Origin: Promethearchaeia archaeon
GTDB lineage: Archaea; Asgardarchaeota; Lokiarchaeia; Sigyniarchaeales; SOKP01
Assembly: GCA_029856125.1 (NCBI GenBank)
Contig: JAHQWJ010000146.1
Location: forward strand, 1-14,022
Length of the DNA stretch: 14,022 nt
Direction of reading: 5' to 3'
Every line of letters starts with the position of its first letter. The first letter of the stretch is position 1. Positions 7,327 to 14,022 of this stretch are shown here, in pieces. The notes beneath the pieces were generated by a model. It worked only from the letters and a program-made list of their open reading frames with translations. It searched no databases and was not told the origin of the DNA. The translations under genes and the position numbers were made by a program.

Positions 7327-7377
7327 GTTTTAATAATCCGGATCTCAAGTAATAAGAAAAATTTCAACCCCCAAGCA

Positions 7378-7385
7378 TTTAAATA
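7378..7385 (+). promoter_or_regulatory. Candidate TATA box TTTAAATA for the 7443 gene
   Basis: Archaeal TATA consensus about 58 nt upstream of ATG 7443. The AT-rich background limits certainty. Confidence 0.4.
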
Positions 7386-7442
7386 GGCATTCTACTTTAT
7401 TTAACCTAGCAAAAAAATTACAAATCTTGAGTTAAAATAATA

Positions 7443-8474
7443 ATGGATTTTCATATTAAAATTTCTGGTAATGATGTTGTCGATTCTTCGTCTAGGAATA
7501 TCTTAGTTCAAATTTTATTGAAGATATGTGAATCAGATGTAGTCGCAGCAATTGGAAGCTTTCAATTTTGGTTGGATAACATTGAATTACGATCTCCAAG
7601 CATACATGGTGATTATTATATCCATTATGAAGGCATCCAAAAAAGATTCGAATTGAAATTAGGACTCAACGCAAAAAACGATAAACTTGAGGGTATATAT
7701 GTTGAAAAAAGAGAAGAGACAATGAAACGTTTAAACAAACCAGTATCCAGTCCAAGTAATATCGAGATCGAAGCTGTGTATTTTATTGAACCGGGTTTAA
7801 CAGGAATAAGAAAATGCGTTAATTATGTTAACTCAATACTTAAAGAAGAAAGAGACGAATTACCATCATATTTAAAAGAATTTGACTTGAAACATTTCGA
7901 TTTTATCATAAATGTCGTATGGGACATGAACAAAGAGAAAAGATTGACTAAGGATGGAATCATTCAATTTATAGATTACGAACAAGATTACTTGAGTGGT
8001 TCGTGCGACCGTTCAGGTTGTTGGTTCAATTACGGGAATAGGCTTGAAGAAGATTTCTATATTTACAACAAACCATACTTTATTGATCGTCTTAATAAAA
8101 TCCAGAAAATTTTAGATGACATAACCCCTGATAGCGATGAACCTCGTGGCGAGGGTGAATATCCCAAAATCCTTAAGCATGGAATGCTAAATCGAAAGGG
8201 GAGGGAATATTACACTATTGACGATAAGAGTTACGAAGAAGCTTTACAATCATATTTTCAGGAAATAAGAGATCAAGCTCGTAAATACCACGATAGGATA
8301 CTGGATAAGCTCGAAAAAACATGGGTCGAATATGAAGGAAGAGAATCTGAAGAAGAGGCTAGGTCAAAACAAGTAAAAGAAAGAGTACAAGCACTAAAAA
8401 ATAATATTACCGATTTAGTTGACAATATAGACGAACCGAAAAAAAGTGGAGAAAATGAAGACAACAGTGATTAA
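7443..8474 (+). CDS. Hypothetical soluble protein with charged helical C-terminus
   Basis: 343-aa ORF with protein-like composition; no family recognised. Confidence 0.8.
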   Translation: MDFHIKISGNDVVDSSSRNILVQILLKICESDVVAAIGSFQFWLDNIELRSPSIHGDYYIHYEGIQKRFELKLGLNAKNDKLEGIYVEKREETMKRLNKPVSSPSNIEIEAVYFIEPGLTGIRKCVNYVNSILKEERDELPSYLKEFDLKHFDFIINVVWDMNKEKRLTKDGIIQFIDYEQDYLSGSCDRSGCWFNYGNRLEEDFYIYNKPYFIDRLNKIQKILDDITPDSDEPRGEGEYPKILKHGMLNRKGREYYTIDDKSYEEALQSYFQEIRDQARKYHDRILDKLEKTWVEYEGRESEEEARSKQVKERVQALKNNITDLVDNIDEPKKSGENEDNSD

Positions 8475-8633
8475 GTGAAAGCCCTGTATCTTCTAAATCT
8501 GAAAAAATCAATACTTTTACCGATTAGAAATGCTACCGGAATTTTTGAGATTATTTAGACAAAAAAGTAATAAGTATTAAATTCTTGATTACTTTAATGG
8601 TTATTTATTATATTAGCAATCAAATGATCAATT

Positions 8634-8963
8634 ATGATAAATGATAAGGAAGAGATTGATGATTATCTTTTATTAGAAAGAAATATGAAAAAGGCAAGGG
8701 AAAACATTGTCATTTTAACTTTCCCGCTTTTTATCGCATTATTGGCTCTGTACGGTTTAAATTTTCACACTCTAGGCTTTACTTCCACCTTCATGTGGAT
8801 TTTTGGTGGAATGTACAACCAATTATTGATTTCATTCAGTAGGATTTTTTTGATAATTATTCCCATTTTAATTAGTATATTTATTGCGTATTTTTGTTCT
8901 AAGTATATCTCGTCTAGAAGAGAAATAAGTCAATACTTCCACGATTTTGAGATTGAAGAATGA
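8634..8963 (+). CDS. Small two-TM membrane protein
   Basis: Hydrophobic segments IVILTFPLFIALLALYGL and IFLIIIPILISIFIAYF with charged termini. Confidence 0.7.
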   Translation: MINDKEEIDDYLLLERNMKKARENIVILTFPLFIALLALYGLNFHTLGFTSTFMWIFGGMYNQLLISFSRIFLIIIPILISIFIAYFCSKYISSRREISQYFHDFEIEE

Positions 8964-8989
8964 AAAATTTAACACCTTAAACACTTAAA

Positions 8990-9007
8990 TTTGTATTTTT
9001 TCTTTTT
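8990..9007 (+). terminator. Oligo-T tract, possible archaeal intrinsic terminator
   Basis: tttgtattttttcttttt about 27 nt after the 8963 stop. Confidence 0.35.
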
Positions 9008-9094
9008 AAATACAGGCACAAATTTATTTCCGATATGTTTAAGTTAGATTACATGATTTTTGGAACATTATAATCATAATTTTGGAGAAATACC

Positions 9095-9580
9095 GTGTCA
9101 GGTAAAACAATTAGGCATAAAAGAATTCTTAAGGAGCTGGGAAAGTATAATAGGTATGCGAAAATGTATCTTAGGAAAAATTCCCTTGATTTTAAGAACG
9201 CATACAATAACTTTCAAAAGTCAGAGGCTTGGACTGAGGCAAAGGCATTGCTGATAGAGTATTTTTCTCTTGAAAATAAATTATTTAGGTGCCCGATTTG
9301 TAATAAGGTTGTAGACCCATACTACTCAACTTTGCACCATATCTACTACGATAAAAAAAAATTGTTCGACCCGAAATACGTTAATTTTGTCCACCACGAT
9401 TGTCATGAACGATATCATCAAGAAAGCGGGATTCCCGGAACAAAAAAGCGTTTGAAAGTATACGTTGGCTCTCGGGGTTTAAGGATTTATATTCCAAAAA
9501 TTGGAGGATTGTACATACGGTTCGAATTTTGCGTTCTTCTTATAATATTAATTATTTTATTGGTAGTTTATAGAAATTGA
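9095..9580 (+). CDS. HNH-family endonuclease with C-terminal transmembrane anchor
   Basis: YNNFQKSEAW...CPIC...LHHIYY...FVHHDCHERYH is a Zn-bound HNH signature. The C-terminal FEFCVLLIILIILLVVY is hydrophobic. GGAG at 9084-9087 precedes the GTG start. Confidence 0.8.
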   Translation: MSGKTIRHKRILKELGKYNRYAKMYLRKNSLDFKNAYNNFQKSEAWTEAKALLIEYFSLENKLFRCPICNKVVDPYYSTLHHIYYDKKKLFDPKYVNFVHHDCHERYHQESGIPGTKKRLKVYVGSRGLRIYIPKIGGLYIRFEFCVLLIILIILLVVYRN

Positions 9581-9764
9581 TTATATTATTATTTAGAACT
9601 CCGCTTATTTTGAATAAATCCTTGAATGTAATGAAAATTAATTTCGCTTATATTTCGTATATTTTGCTTATGTTTATAAATTAAATACTGAAGAATTTAG
9701 TTTATTATAAAAATTGTAAGGATGTTGGAATAAAATAATAAAATATTAAATTTTAACCTAAAAA

Positions 9765-10751
9765 TTAGTTGTTGTTTAGCAATAATTCTTCTCTTCTACG
9801 ACGGTAATATAAAATGGGGTTATCACCTTGAAATAGTTTTTCTCCCATTTTTAAATGAGTTTTAGTTGGTTGTTGCGTTAATACGACATTTTTATCCTGA
9901 TGAAGGATAAGGATATTAAACTTATTAGCCAACCAATTAATAAATGATTTGAGGATTGGGATTCTTAGAAACTTTTGGTAAAATCGCATGTAAAATTTCG
10001 TATGATTTTCGTCGATTGGAACAAAAGCTATAAATATACGGACTTTATCTCCGAGGTAATTCTGCCAGATATGTGGAAATTTGAAATGTAGATGAAATAC
10101 CTTCATATCATCAGTAAACTCTTCAGGTTTTAAAGGTATGGTCTTTCCATCATCCTTTTGGTTATATGTCCAAAAAATAAATTCGTTTGCATCTTTTGAA
10201 GGTTCTACTAACGGTCCATGAACGAGTGTTTGATAACCACGACCAATAGTATTATGATGAACAAAAGGTAAATGAACAACATCGAGTTGATTTTCTATGG
10301 CTCGCGAATAATGGACGGGCCAAACTTCAGTGTGGGTTTTATAGGAGAATTTTTTATCAATGTCTTTAAAAAATGGTATTGGTGGATATTGCTCTTGAAT
10401 CTCTCCCCACCATAACCAAATAAAACCGTGTTTTTCACGAGTAGGGTAAGATACGACTTTAAAATGTTCTGGAACAGGATTTTTTTTTCCATTTGCAGGA
10501 ATTATTTTGCACTGCCCTAAGCTATCATATCTTAAACCATGAAATGGGCATTCAATTTTATCCCCATTATCACATAATTTACCTATACTAAGCGCTGCAC
10601 CTCGATGAGCGCACTTGTCTCTCAAACAAACGATATCTCCATTTTTGACCCGCCAAAAAACCAATTTTTCTCCAAGTCTAGTTACTCCAATTAATTTGCT
10701 TTTTGGAACTTCTTTAGATTCTAACACAGCGTACCATTGATTCCTGATCAT
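9765..10751 (-). CDS. Rieske non-heme iron oxygenase alpha subunit (VanA/phthalate-type, ring-hydroxylating/demethylase superfamily)
   Basis: Rieske ligands CAHRG...CPFHG; mononuclear Fe motif ENQLDVVHLPFVH plus C-terminal QD. MIRNQWY (ATG 10751) is preferred to TTG 10763. Confidence 0.93.
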   Translation of the reverse strand: MIRNQWYAVLESKEVPKSKLIGVTRLGEKLVFWRVKNGDIVCLRDKCAHRGAALSIGKLCDNGDKIECPFHGLRYDSLGQCKIIPANGKKNPVPEHFKVVSYPTREKHGFIWLWWGEIQEQYPPIPFFKDIDKKFSYKTHTEVWPVHYSRAIENQLDVVHLPFVHHNTIGRGYQTLVHGPLVEPSKDANEFIFWTYNQKDDGKTIPLKPEEFTDDMKVFHLHFKFPHIWQNYLGDKVRIFIAFVPIDENHTKFYMRFYQKFLRIPILKSFINWLANKFNILILHQDKNVVLTQQPTKTHLKMGEKLFQGDNPILYYRRRREELLLNNN

Positions 10752-10886
10752 ATTTATCAACAATATAAATTTAGACGATTTTATGTTTTTTTACTTAATA
10801 ATTCATTAGAAGGTTCTTTATAAAACGGGAGTGGCTGAGGAAGGTATAGAATTTTTAAAAAATTAAAAAAAAAAATTGAGAAATGA

Positions 10887-11951
10887 TTATTTAGAACTTC
10901 GTTTATTTCGAATGATTACATACACGTGCGCAATAGCAGCGGCAATGAACGCAATGAGGAACAAAATTATCGGTATCCAAAGAAATTCTAATCTGAGCAA
11001 ATTAGCTATATCTCGGCCAAAACCAAACGGTAATGGAACATATATGAAAATCATAAATACGAAATAAGCTAAAACTATAGACCATCGAAGCCAATTTGGT
11101 AATCCCAATCCATGAATATATGTGAATATGAGCATTGCGAGAAATCCCAGCAAGAACATAGCCCACATGGGCTGTGAACCAAAATCGATCCATTGAGCTA
11201 TTGCTACTATAGTAGCGTGTATAGCAACATAAGTTTCTACGATTAACACCCACCACTTATTATAATGCAATCTGGTATAGGCTAGTACCATCTGTATAAA
11301 TAAGAGTGCCATGAAGAAAAATCCGCTCAGTAAGGCAGGAGAAGAATCCATGGGATGAAACCAGAAAGTATATACTAAAGCCCAACTAAAGATGAGTTGA
11401 TGGCTCTTCATAAAAGTACTAGCAACTTCTGGGCGCATCAATTTTCCTCCCTTTATACCAAAGAATATTCCTCGTTTGGGATTTTGCATGACGAGGAGAA
11501 TTGAGAGCATAACTATTACACTTCCTTGACTCGTAATAATCGGGACATCTTGCGCAAGACCGTCGTACCATATTTGCGTTTGAAGTAAGTGGAGTAATGT
11601 AAAACTTACTAAAATAAGTGCCATTACCCATGTATAAGTAAGCAGTTTCTTTTCATCGAGTTTTTTGTCATGATAATTCTTATGCGCCCAAATTATCACA
11701 ATCCAGACTGAGAGTTGGTGAGCTGCGTAAAAAGTCCAAGTGACAACCATTGTTAACGCGTTTCGGACATTCAGTTTCCAATAATAATCTTCGGGGCCTG
11801 TATCGGGATTCAACGGCGGGAAATTAACTCGCAATAACGGTTCAAGTAGAAATATTAGAACCACTTCTACCACAGCGAATATAAGAAGTGCTATCCAAAC
11901 CTTGAAAGCAGGTGTTTTAATGATTGAAAAATCATTGTTTTCATTTGTCAT
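10887..11951 (-). CDS. Polytopic (~10 TM) membrane protein of unknown function with several membrane-associated His residues
   Basis: About 10 hydrophobic segments. Motif-like stretches: AAHQL, LLHLLQTQIWYDGLAQDVP, NPKRGIFFG, YTFWFHPM, VAIHA. Confidence 0.8.
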   Translation of the reverse strand: MTNENNDFSIIKTPAFKVWIALLIFAVVEVVLIFLLEPLLRVNFPPLNPDTGPEDYYWKLNVRNALTMVVTWTFYAAHQLSVWIVIIWAHKNYHDKKLDEKKLLTYTWVMALILVSFTLLHLLQTQIWYDGLAQDVPIITSQGSVIVMLSILLVMQNPKRGIFFGIKGGKLMRPEVASTFMKSHQLIFSWALVYTFWFHPMDSSPALLSGFFFMALLFIQMVLAYTRLHYNKWWVLIVETYVAIHATIVAIAQWIDFGSQPMWAMFLLGFLAMLIFTYIHGLGLPNWLRWSIVLAYFVFMIFIYVPLPFGFGRDIANLLRLEFLWIPIILFLIAFIAAAIAHVYVIIRNKRSSK

Positions 11952-12035
11952 TATAAGGAAAATTAAGGATAGATTAAAAAAATTTATTATATAATCTATA
12001 AGAAAAGTATGGAAGATCAGATGAAAAAGAACTTT

Positions 12036-12057
12036 AATTCTGATTTATATCAGAATT
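12036..12057. promoter_or_regulatory. Inverted repeat AATTCTGAT-TTAT-ATCAGAATT (operator-like or hairpin)
   Basis: Perfect 9-bp arms with a 4-nt spacer, upstream of the 11951 gene. Confidence 0.5.
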
Positions 12058-12137
12058 TATATTATTAATATAAAATCGAAGGATTTAAATGAATAAAAAA
12101 AGCGTGAAAAAAAAGATGGATTTAGAAGGTTTTAATA

Positions 12138-13085
12138 TCACAGATGTGAATTAAGCCAATTAATTACATCTTGGTGAACTTCATCGCGGTTGATTTCATT
12201 AAAAATTTCGTGTCGTGCATCCTGGTAAAATTTATAGGTTACATCCTTTATACCGTATTTTTGAAGGCGATTAATCATTGCGGTAACCCATTTGGTCTTG
12301 TTACCTATAACGCATAACGAACCAGAGATGAAATGGATAGGTAAACTTTTTGGAATATTTTGTTCTAGTTTCGAGTCATAAATTTTCTCAAAACCGTAAA
12401 GAAATTCTAGCCATACATTAGCAGGACTCACAAATCCGCACCAAGGATCGTCAATATATTTTTGCATTTCATTTTTGTCTCTCGTTAGCCACTCAAAACC
12501 CGTTGCACCCTCATCGGTATCCCAATCGTGGTTGTTGGATTTAAAGTTCATATCGTACATTTTTTGGCTAGGCTCAGTGGGACCTCGTTTTTTAATTTCG
12601 CTTTTAAGTAAGAGTTTACCCGCTTTTACGGTTATGGCTCTTACTTTTCCGTTAGTGCCACTTAAGATGCATCCTTTAAGTTCATTTCCCCAGTCTTGGA
12701 TGTAATCTTGAGTTAACATAGAACCCCAGGAATGTCCCATTAAAAATATTGGTATGTCGGGATGTGCTTTTTTAATAATTTTTGTTAATTCACGAAGATC
12801 GTTTACAACCCCTCTCCATCCATTTGGTCCTAAAACTCCAGCGTTACCCTCTAAAGTATTTTCGGTTAAATCACCCGCAGTTCTCCCATGACCTTGCGCA
12901 TCGTTGGCGTAACACACATAACCATTGTTACATAACGCTTCAGCTACCCGGGCGTATCGCTTTGCATGTTCTGCTAAACCGTGAACGATTTGTACGACTG
13001 CTTTAGGAGGCATATCCGGTTCCCATTTGTATACGAATATTTCAATATTATCTTTATCTTTAAAAGTAAAAGTTGAACTTTTCAT
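12138..13085 (-). CDS. Alpha/beta hydrolase, lysophospholipase/monoacylglycerol lipase (PldB, Hydrolase_4) family
   Basis: VQIVHGLAEH..RY, D..GHGRT, nucleophile elbow GHSWG, YIDDPWCGF and catalytic His in RHEIFNE. Confidence 0.93.
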   Translation of the reverse strand: MKSSTFTFKDKDNIEIFVYKWEPDMPPKAVVQIVHGLAEHAKRYARVAEALCNNGYVCYANDAQGHGRTAGDLTENTLEGNAGVLGPNGWRGVVNDLRELTKIIKKAHPDIPIFLMGHSWGSMLTQDYIQDWGNELKGCILSGTNGKVRAITVKAGKLLLKSEIKKRGPTEPSQKMYDMNFKSNNHDWDTDEGATGFEWLTRDKNEMQKYIDDPWCGFVSPANVWLEFLYGFEKIYDSKLEQNIPKSLPIHFISGSLCVIGNKTKWVTAMINRLQKYGIKDVTYKFYQDARHEIFNEINRDEVHQDVINWLNSHL

Positions 13086-13129
13086 TTTTATACCCTAATT
13101 ATTTTTTTATAGAATTAAATAATGAATGT

Positions 13130-13975
13130 CTAAGTTTTGTTTATAATGTTACTATTTTTGGGGGTACTAAGACTTGCGTGTGAATTTTTATTCTCTATCA
13201 AATCTGAATATTTCATTAAGTGTAACCGTCGATTTTCCTCGCTTAAGCCATTAATATATCTTTCTTTGATTCTATAATCAGAATATCTTCCCTCTGGAGG
13301 TTCTCGAAGCCATTTTTTAGATGTGAACTTTAGTCCCAGATACATCATCATTAATAGAAACATTATTGAATTTAAATAAGAATGCCCTCGGGAATAAGAA
13401 GGATATTCAGGAATCACCATAGTTATGGTGCTAAACTGGAAAAACAAGAATATTAAAACACAAAAAAGTACAGCTATATTACCAATTTTACTGATTCTTG
13501 TTGTTCTATATCTCGCTCCCCAATATTTTCCGTGATATCCATCAGTTTTATAACAATATATATTAATGAAACGGGTGTATTTTTTTCTTCTAAAAGGGTT
13601 TTTTCCCCACATAATTCCATCTCCACAAGCTATAGTGTCAAAAAGAAAGTGACCAAAATAAATACCTATGACAGGAATTACAGAAGTAAGAGGATTTGAA
13701 CCCAAAAATATATTTATAATAAATGATATAATGAAAGGAAGATATAAAAGTGGATAATGAGCTATAGAACTAAAGTGATGTTGAAATTCCGTGTTAAGCT
13801 TAAATTTGCCTCGCTTTCTGATAAAAAATACAATTGCATCAAAATCAGGGCAAATTGAAAAGAAAATTATCAAAGATATATAATAACTTGGCATTATAAA
13901 AGAACCGGTCCATATGATATAGATAGAATAATATATTAAGAACCCAAATGCTGCATGTTGCTCAGTTCTGCTCAT
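13130..13975 (-). CDS. Membrane-bound metal-dependent hydrolase (YdjM-like)
   Basis: N-terminal H (EQHAAFG), PDFD, HH...AHYP, GHFLFD...GIMW and multiple TM segments. ATG 13975 is preferred; TTG 13984 is the alternative. Confidence 0.8.
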   Translation of the reverse strand: MSRTEQHAAFGFLIYYSIYIIWTGSFIMPSYYISLIIFFSICPDFDAIVFFIRKRGKFKLNTEFQHHFSSIAHYPLLYLPFIISFIINIFLGSNPLTSVIPVIGIYFGHFLFDTIACGDGIMWGKNPFRRKKYTRFINIYCYKTDGYHGKYWGARYRTTRISKIGNIAVLFCVLIFLFFQFSTITMVIPEYPSYSRGHSYLNSIMFLLMMMYLGLKFTSKKWLREPPEGRYSDYRIKERYINGLSEENRRLHLMKYSDLIENKNSHASLSTPKNSNIINKT

Positions 13976-14022
13976 AAAGTCCAACTAGAAGGTTTATTAA
14001 ATGTTTCAATCCCAATTTAAAA

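Noticed and set aside
7167-7352. 61-aa hydrophobic + strand ORF
   Set aside because: Its hydrophobicity comes from poly-T tracts. It has a TTG start without SD and overlaps promoter elements and the better-supported minus-strand sORF.
9060-9254. 64-aa ORF overlapping the HNH gene
   Set aside because: It is an alternative frame; the HNH frame has the SD and the motifs.
9095-9580. HNH gene as a homing endonuclease or IS-associated IscB/TnpB
   Set aside because: No interrupted host gene, RuvC motifs, transposase or terminal repeats were seen, and the TM tail is inconsistent with that role.
329-13006. Other short overlapping ORFs (329-532, 2235-2498, 2648-2842, 3363-3581, 8273-8464, 10295-10492, 10876-11067, 11002-11256, 11419-11631, 12475-12705, 12782-13006)
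   Set aside because: All lie within or antisense to well-supported genes and lack recognisable motifs.

Overview
AT-rich archaeal DNA, most likely an Asgard archaeon (Lokiarchaeia/Promethearchaeota). This is inferred from the gene-family mix and TTTAAATA-type promoters; no marker gene is present. There are four blocks. (1) 3-3741 (+): the 3' end of a large Ig-like surface protein with a membrane anchor (the ORF track shows only its tail), a longin/uDENN-like + tandem winged-helix protein, and a TrmB-wHTH / coiled-coil / inactive PLD-like protein. (2) 3774-7270 (-): a YhbE/F-type bactofilin, an unusual coiled-coil + ribbon-helix-helix + PCI-type wHTH protein and a MefA-like MFS exporter, preceded by an unannotated 29-codon ORF with a strong SD, a TATA box and a palindromic operator-like motif. 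(3) 7443-9580 (+): an accessory-looking trio of an orphan 343-aa protein, a 2-TM protein and a tail-anchored HNH nuclease, preceded by a 16-bp direct repeat. (4) 9765-13984 (-): a YdjM-like membrane hydrolase, a lysophospholipase-like hydrolase with Cys at the usual catalytic-Asp position, a His-rich ~10-TM protein and a Rieske non-heme iron oxygenase. I saw no rRNA, tRNA, CRISPR array or transposase. All domain calls come from visual motif recognition, not database searches.
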